64,000 nt of DNA from an uncultured Ruficoccus sp. (GCA_965140785.1 OZ223489.1:1-64000); one strand, 5' to 3'; counted from the first letter of the stretch, positions 50,413-59,866 are shown. The notes: generated by a model not told the origin, from the letters alone. Numbers and translations: made by a program.

Positions 50413-51261
50413 TTACGGCATTTTCGCCAGGAAGAACCGCTCGCGCTTGCTCAGGTCGGGCACGCTCTCGGTCTCGACGAAACCAGCCTCGCGGGCCAGC
50501 TCCGCCAACGCCGCGTGCTGGGCGATCCCCGTCTCCAGCGCCAGCCAGCCGCCGGGCGCAAGGTGGGCGGGAGCGGCGGCGAGAATCTTTTTTAAATCAT
50601 CGAGCCCGTCCATACCGGCGGTCAGGGCGCTCTTCGGTTCCCATTGCCGTACCTCGGGCTCGGCCTGCTCCCATTCGTCCTCGGTCAGGTAGGGGGGGTT
50701 GGACACGATCAGGTCAAAGGTTTCCCCCGCCAACGCAACGAACCAGTCCGACTCGGCGAAGCGCACCCGCTCGGCCAGCCCGGCGCTCTGGGCGTTCTCG
50801 CGGGCCAGGGCGAGGGCGTCTGCAGAGGCGTCCACCGCCGTGACCGCCGCCTGCGGGAAGGCCGCTGCCAGCGCCAGCGCGAGGGCCCCGGTTCCGGTGC
50901 CCAGGTCGCAAACACGGGCGGGCGGCTGGGCCCCAAAACGCTCCACCAGCAGTTCGACCAGTTCCTCGGTTTCCGGGCGCGGGATGAGGGCGCGGGCATC
51001 GGCCTTGAGCACGAGGCCGTGGAAGTGCGCCTCCCCCAGCAGGTACTGCAAGGGCTCGCGCTTTCCGCGACGCGCCACCAGCGGGCGCATGGCGGTCAGC
51101 TCGTCCTCCCCCAGCAGGCGGTCGAACTGCAAATACAGGTCCAGGCGCTTGCAGCCCAACACGTGGGCGATAATCAGCTCGGCGTCGAGCCGCGCCTGGG
51201 GCACACCTTTTTGCTGGAAAAATGCCGTGGTTTTCTGGAGAATATCGAGCAGCGATTGCAT
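50413..51261 (-). CDS. prmC: release factor glutamine methyltransferase
   Basis: [31 protein letters not shown]. Confidence 0.95.
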   Translation of the reverse strand: MQSLLDILQKTTAFFQQKGVPQARLDAELIIAHVLGCKRLDLYLQFDRLLGEDELTAMRPLVARRGKREPLQYLLGEAHFHGLVLKADARALIPRPETEELVELLVERFGAQPPARVCDLGTGTGALALALAAAFPQAAVTAVDASADALALARENAQSAGLAERVRFAESDWFVALAGETFDLIVSNPPYLTEDEWEQAEPEVRQWEPKSALTAGMDGLDDLKKILAAAPAHLAPGGWLALETGIAQHAALAELAREAGFVETESVPDLSKRERFFLAKMP

Positions 51262-51363
51262 GAACGCCTTCTAACTTGAAAGGATTGCTGCCACCTGACG
51301 ACATAGAATCTGCACCAATTTCACTCCCTTTCCTTTTCCTTCGTCGCCCAGCCCCCCGCCACG

Positions 51364-51636
51364 ATGTTCAAGTTTTTCCTCAAACACGCCCTGAGCTGCC
51401 GAGATGCCACCCGGCTGATCTCCGAGGCGCGCGAACGCCCCCTGAGCTTCGGCGAAAAGCTCAAACTGAAGATCCTCTGCCGGTACTGCTGCTACACCGA
51501 TCGCTATCGCCAGCAGATCGAGGCCGTCTGTACCCAGGTACACGAGCAACCCGAATGCTGCGAGGAAGCCCTGCCCGAGGCCTGCCTGTGCGAGGAATCC
51601 CGCGCCCGCATCAAGGCCAAGCTGCGCGAAGAGTAA
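51364..51636 (+). CDS. zf-HC2-like anti-sigma factor, Cys-rich
   Basis: SCRDATRLISEARERPLS..EKL.L N-terminus typical of ZAS anti-sigma factors; 9 Cys. Confidence 0.7.
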   Translation: MFKFFLKHALSCRDATRLISEARERPLSFGEKLKLKILCRYCCYTDRYRQQIEAVCTQVHEQPECCEEALPEACLCEESRARIKAKLREE

Positions 51637-51801
51637 GACGAACCGCGCCGGAAAAAGCATTCCTTCCCCGAAAAGCATTTAACAGGAAGCGACCTCGCAG
51701 GGGCATTAATTAATGTGTTCCCACTCAGCAATTCACCTAATAGACGTGTAAAACATTTCCCGCCACCCCGATACGGTGCGAATTATGCGGCACTTCGGGG
51801 C

Positions 51802-52872
51802 ATGACACAGACGCTGGAAACCGGATATGGGAAACTGACGGGCATCACGAGTGCCATGACCTTTAAAGACGGCTCCCTGAAGTCGTGCATGCTCAACGCC
51901 GAGAACCGGGTGCACACGCCGGTCGGGGAAATCGTCCCGCAGTATCGAATGGCCGAGCTGGGCGAGCGGCAGAGAAAGCACCGCGCCTCGCTGAGCTTTC
52001 ACGCCAACGGTCGGCTCAAGAGCGCGTCCCTGGACCGGGCGACCTCGCTCCAGACGCCCATCGGCCCGTTCAAGGCGGAGTTCGTCACCTTCCACGAGGA
52101 CGGTTCGCTCAACCGCCTCTTTCCGCTCAACGGCCAGATCGACGGCTTCTGGACCGAGCAGATGGAGCGGGAACTGGCCGAGGTGCTGGACTTCGACCTG
52201 CCAGTGGGGAAGTTCAGCGCGAAAGTCATCAGCCTGCACTTTTACCCGGACGGCGCCCTCAAGTCGCTCACCCTCTGGCCCGGCGAACGCCTCACGATCG
52301 AAACACCCGTCGGGGCCATGCGCATCCGCACCGGTTTCTCCCTCTATGAAAACGGCTCGATCCGCTCGGTCGAGCCCGCCGGCCCGGTCGAGCTGGCCAC
52401 CCCCATCGGCCTGGTCAAAGCCTTCGACCCGGAAATGATCGGCATGAACGCCGACCAGAACTCCGTGCAATTCGATCCCGACGGCCTGCTGACCTCGGTC
52501 AAGACGATCCACACCGGTCTGTGCGTGACCGCGCCGGGTCAGCCCGAAACCGTCATCGAGCCGCTCGAAACCGAGAGCCTGATCGAGATGGCCGCCATGC
52601 GCACGGTGCCGATGCAGATTGATTTTACGGCTGGTACGGTGCAGGTCGTCGCCGCGCGCGAGCACAGCTTCGATCTCCCGACCGTCACGCTGGCGACCTT
52701 CGAGCGCGAGCGGGTCATCCGCGAATCCTGCGGCTCCTGCAACGGCTGCGAGGGCGACGCCAGCGACAAAGGCGACGACAGTTCCTCCTGCTGCGGCGGT
52801 GGTTCCTGCGGAGGAACCGACGAGCGCTGCGCCGACTGCAAGGACGACGAGACCTGTTGCCGGAATCAATAG
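51802..52872 (+). CDS. hypothetical beta-hairpin repeat (MORN-variant-like) protein with Cys-rich C-terminal tail
   Basis: Repeated TP.G and F(H/Y).(N/D)G.LKS units; 10 Cys in the last 47 aa. Confidence 0.8.
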   Translation: MTQTLETGYGKLTGITSAMTFKDGSLKSCMLNAENRVHTPVGEIVPQYRMAELGERQRKHRASLSFHANGRLKSASLDRATSLQTPIGPFKAEFVTFHEDGSLNRLFPLNGQIDGFWTEQMERELAEVLDFDLPVGKFSAKVISLHFYPDGALKSLTLWPGERLTIETPVGAMRIRTGFSLYENGSIRSVEPAGPVELATPIGLVKAFDPEMIGMNADQNSVQFDPDGLLTSVKTIHTGLCVTAPGQPETVIEPLETESLIEMAAMRTVPMQIDFTAGTVQVVAAREHSFDLPTVTLATFERERVIRESCGSCNGCEGDASDKGDDSSSCCGGGSCGGTDERCADCKDDETCCRNQ

Positions 52873-52917
52873 GCCCTATGGCATTTCCCCAAGAAATGCC
52901 ATTCTGGTGCGCAGCAA

Positions 52918-53520
52918 CTAAGGTGAAGGACGGCGTCCTTCCAGAAAATTTTTCTCCAAACACTGGCGCAGGGCCATGCGGGCGCGGTGGAGGATGGTCC
53001 ACAAGTTCTGCGGGGTGATGTCCATCTGTTCGCAGATCTCGGGGCTGGGCATGCCGTCGATCTCACGCAGGATGAAAACCTGGCGAATCTTGTCCGGGAG
53101 CTTGGCCGCGCAGGCGTGAAAGTGCTGCATGAACTCGGCCCGGTCGAGCTTCTGCACGGCCTCGGGCGTCCAATCTCCCGGCACGGCCTCGTTGGTGTAG
53201 TTCCACGCGCCGTCCTCGCTGAAGAGTTCGCTCTCCTCCTTTTCGAAGAAGCCGGCCAGCTCGCTCATCGACTGGGTGCGGTTCTTTTTGCGGTAGTAGT
53301 CGATGATCTTGTTCTTGAGAATGCCGGTCAGCCAGGTCTTGACCGAGGAACGCCCGGAGAAGTTCTCCTTCGCCTTCATCGCGGCCAGAAAGGTGTCCTG
53401 CACCAGGTCCTCGGCCAGCGTCGGGTTGTTGACGCGGAAATAGGCGAAGCGGTACAGGGCGTCCCCATACTCGTCCACCCAGTCAGCCGGGTCGGGCGCC
53501 GTGGTATTATCCGCTGGCAT
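52918..53520 (-). CDS. ECF sigma-70 factor
   Basis: AEDLVQDTF, KTWL.GILKNKIID (region 2); LREIDG...EIC...LHRAR (region 4). Confidence 0.93.
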   Translation of the reverse strand: MPADNTTAPDPADWVDEYGDALYRFAYFRVNNPTLAEDLVQDTFLAAMKAKENFSGRSSVKTWLTGILKNKIIDYYRKKNRTQSMSELAGFFEKEESELFSEDGAWNYTNEAVPGDWTPEAVQKLDRAEFMQHFHACAAKLPDKIRQVFILREIDGMPSPEICEQMDITPQNLWTILHRARMALRQCLEKNFLEGRRPSP

Positions 53521-53612
53521 GGAATCCGCTTCGTGTAACAGGTTCAGTGATAATTTCCGCGCGGGGAAAGTTAGGATTAACCTCTCCGCATTCTCCTGCT
53601 ATTCAACCTGTC

Positions 53613-54473
53613 ATGAAGGAATACTACGAGCAAAATCAACTCCCTCATCCCCATCTGCCAGCCTGCCCGATCGACCGCAAGCTGGCCGGGCAGAAAGCGC
53701 TTGTGACCGGGGCCAACTCCGGCATCGGCGAAGCCGTCGCCATCGCCCTGGCCAAGGCCGGGGCCGATGTGTGCATCAACTACGTCACCCGTCCCGAAGT
53801 GGCCCAGCAGGTCGCCGACAAGGCCGCCGAGTGCGGCTCGAAGGCCATCATCGCGCAGGCCGACGTCAGCCAGGAGGACCAGGTGCAGGCCATGTTTAAA
53901 AAGTGCTTCGACGAGTTCGGCACGCTCGACATCGTCGTGCCCAACGCCGGGGTCCAGATCGACCACCCGATCGAGGAGATGAGCGTCGAACACTGGGACA
54001 AGCTCATGGGCATCAACCTGCGCGGTCAGTTCCTGTGTTGCCGCGAGGCGATCAAGGAGTTCAAGCGCCGCGGCGTCGTCCCCGATGTTTCCTGCGCCGC
54101 CGGCAAGATCATCTGCATGAGCAGCGTGCACGACATCATCCCCTGGGCCGGGCACGTCAACTACGCCTCGTCCAAGGGCGGCATTTCCATGATGATGAAA
54201 AGCATCGCCCAGGAGGTTGCCCCCTTCCGCATCCGCTGTAACGCCATCTGCCCCGGCGCCATCCGCACGCCCATCAACCATGAAGCTTGGTCGAACCGCG
54301 AGGCCTACGACTCGCTGATGAAGCTCGTCCCCTACAAGCGCATCGGCGAACCCGAGGACATCGGCCGCGCCGCTGTCTGGCTGGCCAGCGACGAGAGCGA
54401 CTACGTCACCGGCACCAACCTCTACGTGGACGGCGGCATGACCCTCTACCCCGGCTTCGAAACCGGCGGTTGA
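53613..54473 (+). CDS. SDR oxidoreductase, glucose 1-dehydrogenase-like
   Basis: TGANSGIG, SSVH..IPW..H.NYASSKGG, PGAI.TPIN, DGGMTLYP. Confidence 0.9.
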   Translation: MKEYYEQNQLPHPHLPACPIDRKLAGQKALVTGANSGIGEAVAIALAKAGADVCINYVTRPEVAQQVADKAAECGSKAIIAQADVSQEDQVQAMFKKCFDEFGTLDIVVPNAGVQIDHPIEEMSVEHWDKLMGINLRGQFLCCREAIKEFKRRGVVPDVSCAAGKIICMSSVHDIIPWAGHVNYASSKGGISMMMKSIAQEVAPFRIRCNAICPGAIRTPINHEAWSNREAYDSLMKLVPYKRIGEPEDIGRAAVWLASDESDYVTGTNLYVDGGMTLYPGFETGG

Positions 54474-54498
54474 GCTACGACTCGATGCTTTTAATAGC

Positions 54499-54531
54499 AA
54501 AAAAACGGCGGTTTATCACCGCCGTTTTTTT
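54499..54531. terminator. bidirectional intrinsic terminator
   Basis: A7-CGGCGGT-loop-ACCGCCG-T7 between convergent genes. Confidence 0.9.
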
Positions 54532-54619
54532 AGGCCCATGCGCCGGAAAAGGCTCTGGGCAAATACTAATTTTGTTCACGTCCGCCTACCATGAACGGTT
54601 AAAGCATCGGAAACAGACC

Positions 54620-55201
54620 TTAGCTTCGGCGGCGGCGACGCAGCACCACCAATGAGGCCAAGCCCGCCAAAGCCAGCGTCACGGCAAAATGTCCGGGCTC
54701 AGGAATGACGCTCCACTGTCCCAGGATTTTCCCGCTGCCTGAACCTCCGTTTCCAACTGTGATATCACCCGTGCTGCCAAAGGCGATCTCGACTCCGGAC
54801 ATATCCAGAGAGGATGCACCGATAAAAGCGACCTGATCCGTAGTATAGTTAATATCAGAAAAAGTTTCAGGCGCACCCGTAGTGTTTTTCAAGTACAAGT
54901 TAGTATTAGTAGAAGAATTCTCAGCCGTACTAAAATCGGCGTCTATCCCAATAGGAGCCAATCCGGGGCTCAACTCAAATGTATTAAATATACCTTCCTC
55001 TTGAAAGAAATCTTGAAGAGTTATGCCTATTGCAAGGATGCTATCGCTATCATTAACAGCAGAGTAATTATCTGTCGCCGTGATTTTCACATCAGCCATA
55101 TTGCTGATATCAATGATGAGCAGCACGTCGGCTCGAGCCGACAGCGTAGACACGGTAAACCCGATTAATAGACAGATCCAAACATTGAGCACACATTTCA
55201 T
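54620..55201 (-). CDS. PEP-CTERM sorting-domain protein
   Basis: Signal peptide; C-terminal VIPEP-TM-RRRRRS; AT-rich. Confidence 0.9.
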   Translation of the reverse strand: MKCVLNVWICLLIGFTVSTLSARADVLLIIDISNMADVKITATDNYSAVNDSDSILAIGITLQDFFQEEGIFNTFELSPGLAPIGIDADFSTAENSSTNTNLYLKNTTGAPETFSDINYTTDQVAFIGASSLDMSGVEIAFGSTGDITVGNGGSGSGKILGQWSVIPEPGHFAVTLALAGLASLVVLRRRRRS

Positions 55202-55316
55202 ATATATCTCACTCCAAGAGAATCGTTTAGCGAGATCAAGACTCTTTCTGCACAAATCAAAGTATTCGCTCTTAAAACTGCTTGCACGCTCACTTCATGC
55301 ACCATTTTCATGACGT

Positions 55317-56114
55317 ATGCGAAATGAACTGCCCGTCGCCCTCACCATCGCCACCTCCGACAGCGGAGCCGGGGCCGGCGTGCAGGCCGACCTGCTGACT
55401 TTTGCCGCCCGCGGCGTGTACGGCGTGACGGCTTTCGCCGCCCTCACCGCGCAGAACCCCGACGGCGTCAGCGCCATCGAAGAGCTCCCGCCGGAGTTCC
55501 TCCAGGCTCAGCTCGACCAGCTCGCCGCCTACTTCCCCATCCGCGCACTCAAGACCGGGATGCTCTTCTCCGCGCCCCTGATCGAGATGACCGCCCGGTT
55601 CATCGAGCGCGAAAGCATTCCCGCCGTAGTCGATCCGGTCATGGTCTCCACCTCCGGCGCGGTCCTGCTCCAGCCCGCAGCCATCGCCACGCTGGAAAAG
55701 AAGCTGCTCCCGCGCGCCGTCCTTATCACCCCCAACCTCGACGAGGCCGCTGTCCTGCTCGGGCGCGAAGTAAAGAGCGAAACCGATCTCGCCGCCACCG
55801 CCGCCGAACTGAGCGAGCGCTACGGCACCGCCGTCCTGCTCAAGGGCGGCCACCTGCCCGGCGGCACGCTCATCGACACCCTCTCCCGGCCCGGCGAGGC
55901 ACCGCTCCAGCTCACATCCGAACGTATTGAAAATATCAATACACACGGCAGCGGCTGCACCCTCTCCGCCGCCATCGCCGCCGAGCTGGCCAAAGGACTT
56001 TCCCTGCCCGATGCCGTCCGCGCCGCCCACGCTTATCTGCAGGCAGCGATGAAGCAGCCGGTCCTCGTTCGCGGGGAGCGCTTCATCGGACACGGGGTGG
56101 GATTAAATTCATGA
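55317..56114 (+). CDS. thiD: hydroxymethylpyrimidine/phosphomethylpyrimidine kinase
   Basis: LTIA.SDSGAGAG.QADL, TAQN, KTGML, DPVM, TPN, KGGH, THGSGCTLS. Confidence 0.95.
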   Translation: MRNELPVALTIATSDSGAGAGVQADLLTFAARGVYGVTAFAALTAQNPDGVSAIEELPPEFLQAQLDQLAAYFPIRALKTGMLFSAPLIEMTARFIERESIPAVVDPVMVSTSGAVLLQPAAIATLEKKLLPRAVLITPNLDEAAVLLGREVKSETDLAATAAELSERYGTAVLLKGGHLPGGTLIDTLSRPGEAPLQLTSERIENINTHGSGCTLSAAIAAELAKGLSLPDAVRAAHAYLQAAMKQPVLVRGERFIGHGVGLNS

Positions 56115-57812
56115 ATGGATAGAGCCATGCCCGCCCCGCTGACCGATGGACCCGCCGCCCGTTCGCAAGGACATGCGCCGTTGGTATGGCTGGCCGCGCC
56201 GCTGGTCTGGGGTTACGTGCTGGCACGGGAGCTGGGCACGGATATTTCGCCGGGCTGGCTGGTTGCGTTTGGGATGGCCGTGGCCCTGACCGCACTGCTG
56301 CTGACGCTGCGCGAGCAGTGGTTCGTGCGACCGGCATGGGGCTTTCTCCTGGTGCTGGCGGGAACGTTTCTGTGCTGGGCGTATTATCTGGTGCGCGAGC
56401 CGCCGCCGGTCCCGGCGGGGGAGTTTCTCCCGCGCGAGGCCGAGGTGGTGCTGGAGGTCGAACGGCTCTTCCAGACCGACCCGGCCTTTCCCCGGCTGAG
56501 CGGACAGGCGATAGTCGTGGAAGCCCCGGCCCGGCAGCCGGAGCTGCGCGGCCAGCCGCTGGCCTTCTCGTTGTGGGCAGAGAATATCGCCCGCGCCCAG
56601 GCGCTGCCGGGCGCGCACATCCGCGCGCGCGGAAAAGTCACTCGGCTCGATCCGGCGGCGGAGCTGAGCGACTTCGAGCGCTACCTGAGCGACAGCGGCA
56701 CGGCCTTCTGGCTCGGACAAGGAAACGTTCTCGCGGTGGATCGGCCCGCCGGGGCCTTTCGTCAATGGTGCCACCGGATCAACCGACGCATTGCCGACAC
56801 CCTCAAGCGCGGGGCCGACACCCCCGGGACACAGGCGCTGGCCGGGGTCGCCACCGCGATGTTTCTCGGGGATAAAAGCGCCCTGCAGCGGCAGCAGAAG
56901 GAAACCTTTATCGCCAGCGGGACGATGCACCTGTTCGCCGTCAGCGGGCTGCACGTGGGAATCATCGCCGGGGCGCTCGCGCTGATGCTGCGGGTGTTAC
57001 GCGTGCCCGGCCCGGCGGCGGCGGGGCTCGGGCTGGCGCTCCTGTTGCTCTACGTGCAGATCATCGGCGTGCCGCCCTCGGCGCTGCGGGCGTTTCTGAT
57101 GGTGGCTTTTTACTGGGGGGCGCAGGTCGTCCGGCGCAAGCCCGCTCCCTTCTCCGCGCTGCTGGCCTCGGCGGTAGCCGTGCTCCTGATCGACCCGCGA
57201 CAGCTGTTCGGAGCGGGCTTCCAGCTCTCGTATCTGGTGGTGGCCGCGCTGCTGCTGTACGCCGCGCCTCTGACCGAGTGGGCCAACGCCTGGCTCGACC
57301 CGTACCGGCTGATCCCGGAGGGCAGCCTGAGTCGCACGCAACGCCTGCTGCGCAAAAGCCTCCACGTGCTCAACGGCTCGCTGGCGGTCTCGGTGGCGGC
57401 GTTCATTTTCGCCACGCCACTGACGATCGAGTATTTTCACATTTTCGCTCCCGGCGCCATTCTCCTGAACCTGATCCTGATCCCGCTGGCGACGGCGGTC
57501 ATCGTCGTGGCGCTGGTGGCGGCCGTGCTCGGGCTGGCCGGAGTCGGCCTGCTCAGCGGCTGGCTCAATCCCCTGGCCTGGGCGGCAGTCTGGGAAATGT
57601 GGGTCGTGGTCAGCGCCGCCGTGCGCCTGCCCGGCGGTTTCTGGCAGGCGGAGTTTGCGGCTTCGTGGCTGCCGCCACTGGCCGCGCTGTTCCTGCTGGG
57701 GAGCCTGCTCATCGTCGCCCGCTGGGCCCGCACGCGCCCGGTCGTCTTTTTGCTGCCGCCGGTAATTCTCGCCCCCGTGCTTGTCTTCGGGGCGAATTTC
57801 GCCAACCTTTGA
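56115..57812 (+). CDS. comEC: ComEC/Rec2 competence family protein
   Basis: HLFAVSGLHVG, PSALRA, GFQLSY; no C-terminal metallo-beta-lactamase domain. Confidence 0.9.
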   Translation: MDRAMPAPLTDGPAARSQGHAPLVWLAAPLVWGYVLARELGTDISPGWLVAFGMAVALTALLLTLREQWFVRPAWGFLLVLAGTFLCWAYYLVREPPPVPAGEFLPREAEVVLEVERLFQTDPAFPRLSGQAIVVEAPARQPELRGQPLAFSLWAENIARAQALPGAHIRARGKVTRLDPAAELSDFERYLSDSGTAFWLGQGNVLAVDRPAGAFRQWCHRINRRIADTLKRGADTPGTQALAGVATAMFLGDKSALQRQQKETFIASGTMHLFAVSGLHVGIIAGALALMLRVLRVPGPAAAGLGLALLLLYVQIIGVPPSALRAFLMVAFYWGAQVVRRKPAPFSALLASAVAVLLIDPRQLFGAGFQLSYLVVAALLLYAAPLTEWANAWLDPYRLIPEGSLSRTQRLLRKSLHVLNGSLAVSVAAFIFATPLTIEYFHIFAPGAILLNLILIPLATAVIVVALVAAVLGLAGVGLLSGWLNPLAWAAVWEMWVVVSAAVRLPGGFWQAEFAASWLPPLAALFLLGSLLIVARWARTRPVVFLLPPVILAPVLVFGANFANL

Positions 57813-57816
57813 CCCT

Positions 57817-58083
57817 ATGAAGAGCGCTTACGAACTTGCCATGGAACGGCTCGAAAAGCAGGAGCCGACCGCCAAGCTGACCGAGGAACAGAAGACCGAG
57901 CTTGGAAATATCGACATGAAGTACGACGCCAAGATCGCCGAGAAGGACGTCTTTCTCAAAGAGCAGATGGCCAAGGCCCAGCCCGAGGAACGCCAGGCGA
58001 TCGAAAAACAACTCGTCAACGAGCGCGCCCGCCTAAATGAGGAGCGCGAAGCGGCCAAGCAGAAGATTCGCTCCGGCGAATAA
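57817..58083 (+). CDS. conserved small coiled-coil hypothetical protein
   Basis: MKSAYELAMERL...; host-like codon usage. Confidence 0.75.
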   Translation: MKSAYELAMERLEKQEPTAKLTEEQKTELGNIDMKYDAKIAEKDVFLKEQMAKAQPEERQAIEKQLVNERARLNEEREAAKQKIRSGE

Positions 58084-58101
58084 CGTCTTGCAACTGCCGG
58101 A

Positions 58102-58141
58102 CTAGCCGCCTGTCTGGCGGCGTAGAGGCGCGGCCCCTCAA
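58102..58141. repeat. degenerate GTAG REP
   Basis: TAGCCGCCTGTCTGGCGGCGTAGAGGCGCGGCCCCTCA. Confidence 0.6.
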
Positions 58142-58215
58142 TCTCGAATGCCGCAAGCCCCGTGGGCAAAGCCACATAAATCCAGGTCCACCCGGACCCG
58201 TCACAGCCGGAGCGC

Positions 58216-58243
58216 AAAAAACGCCGCCCTTGGGAGGCGGCGT
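58216..58243 (-). terminator. intrinsic terminator of rpmJ-rpmE2
   Basis: ACGCCGCC/GGCGGCGT hairpin with a T-run on the minus strand. Confidence 0.8.
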
Positions 58244-58271
58244 CCGGAAAGAAAAAAGTGAGCCGTGAGGC

Positions 58272-58523
58272 TTACTTGCCGCGGCGGCGGCGGAACTTGT
58301 TCTGGAACTTTTCCACGCGGCCGGCGGTGTCCACGAAGCGCTTCTCACCGGTAAAGGCCGGGTGCGAGTGGCTCGTCACGTCGCAAACCATCACGCCGTA
58401 CTCGACGCCATCGATGGTTTCCTTCTGGCTGGCACGAGCGGTGGAACGGGTCAGAAACTTGTTGCCCGTTTCGACGTCCACGAAGGCGACGGGCTGGTAC
58501 TTGGGATGAATATCTTTTTTCAC
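58272..58523 (-). CDS. rpmE2: 50S ribosomal protein L31 type B
   Basis: (GTG start) KKDIHPKY..V.F.D...SHPAFTG...DTAGRVEKF; lacks CxxC pairs. Confidence 0.95.
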   Translation of the reverse strand: MKKDIHPKYQPVAFVDVETGNKFLTRSTARASQKETIDGVEYGVMVCDVTSHSHPAFTGEKRFVDTAGRVEKFQNKFRRRRGK

Positions 58524-58539
58524 GGTTACGCCTGAAAGG

Positions 58540-58665
58540 TTAGCCCTGCCGCGCCTTGAAGCGGGGGTTGGTTTTGTTGATCACGTAAATGCGGCCACGA
58601 CGGCGGACTACCTGGCAGTCCGGGTGCCGGTTCTTGAGCGACTTGATGGAGGATACGACTTTCAT
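58540..58665 (-). CDS. rpmJ: 50S ribosomal protein L36 (Zn-ribbon-less type); not in the ORF track
   Basis: [41 protein letters not shown]. Confidence 0.95.
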   Translation of the reverse strand: MKVVSSIKSLKNRHPDCQVVRRRGRIYVINKTNPRFKARQG

Positions 58666-58740
58666 GGGTCTGAAATTGATGGAAAGCGGACGAAAAAAGA
58701 CCTCCGCGCCAGTAATGTCAAGCGACTATTTTCCCCGATT

Positions 58741-59139
58741 GCAGGTTACACCTGCCAGCATTCATGAGGCTCCGCCCCATCGCTCTCAGTTAATGGTAAT
58801 TTGCCTACAGATTTCGTGCCCTACCTGTGCGGGACGAGTGAGATTTGTTTGAACTGGCGACAATCACCATGGCCCATGCCGCCGCGTTAGCGGCGGCATC
58901 AGTGATGCCTGAGCATCACAGGTGCAGGACTATGTCCTGCCGCTCCCTGAAGGTAGCTGCCCCATGCGTCGTTTTCCGACTCTCGAACACGATCTACACG
59001 AGGATAGTCCCCCTGAAGCTAGTACAGCGGCGCCCGGGGTAGCGGCCTTTCTGGCCGCGTAGGGGCAGCGCCCCTCAGTGCCCGCAGGTGCAACCTGCCG
59101 TAGGGGCAAAGCCCCTTTATGTCCCGTGCGGTCACGCAC
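58741..59139. repeat. REP mosaic: inverted REP pair enclosing a hairpin-rich core
   Basis: Forward REP at 58741-58780, reverse REP at 59034-59139; hairpins at 58876-58899, 58902-58919 and 58924-58940. Confidence 0.7.
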
Positions 59140-59866
59140 TCCAGATGCCGAGGGCTTCGAGCTGGGCGGTAGCCTGGGGGGCCCAGCCGCGGTTGGCGAT
59201 GGGGCTGGCCGGACTGGGGTGCAGGACGGTACCGATCTTCGGGCCGCCGGAGCCAAGCGCCTCGCGGGCGCGCCCCTCGGCGAACTTACCCACGCCGATC
59301 ACCCACTCGGGCTGGAGCGCGGCGACGACGGCGCGCAGGTGCTCGTCGCAGAGGGCCAGGAGCGGGGCCAGATCGGTCGCGGAGAGCTTGTCGGGGGCGA
59401 TGTTGCGGCAGCCTTTTGCGTCGGCCTGGAGAAAGAGTAGCGGGATGTAGTTGGCCACGAAGTGCTCGCGAAAAAAGTTCTCCGCCGAGCCGAATTTCTC
59501 CGCGAAAAGCCCCCAAAGCCGCCGCCCGCTGACCTCGGAGCGGGTGCAGGCGAAGCCGTCCACCGGGCGCTTGGGGTGCTCGACGGGGGGCTTGCCGACC
59601 GGGGCCTCGATGCCGACCCACTCGCGTACGGCGGCGATTTCGCCAAAAGGCACGCCGGTCTGGGCCATGCCGAAGGGGCCGGGATTCATGCCGAAAAAGA
59701 GCACACGCTTGCGGGTGGCGCCCCATTTTTTCAGGTACTGGGCGTGCGGCTCCCAGGCGTAATCCAGCGGCTGGTAAACATGCGTCACGGGCGGGCCGAA
59801 GCGCAGGTCCGCAAGTTTTTCGCGCAGGTGAAGGGCTGAGCTTTGCAGTTGTTCGGAGATCGACAT
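59132..59866 (-). CDS. SMUG1-like (family 3) uracil-DNA glycosylase
   Basis: GMNPGPFGMAQTGVPFG, SEVSGRRLW, HPSPASP.AN.GW. Confidence 0.92.
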   Translation of the reverse strand: MSISEQLQSSALHLREKLADLRFGPPVTHVYQPLDYAWEPHAQYLKKWGATRKRVLFFGMNPGPFGMAQTGVPFGEIAAVREWVGIEAPVGKPPVEHPKRPVDGFACTRSEVSGRRLWGLFAEKFGSAENFFREHFVANYIPLLFLQADAKGCRNIAPDKLSATDLAPLLALCDEHLRAVVAALQPEWVIGVGKFAEGRAREALGSGGPKIGTVLHPSPASPIANRGWAPQATAQLEALGIWSA

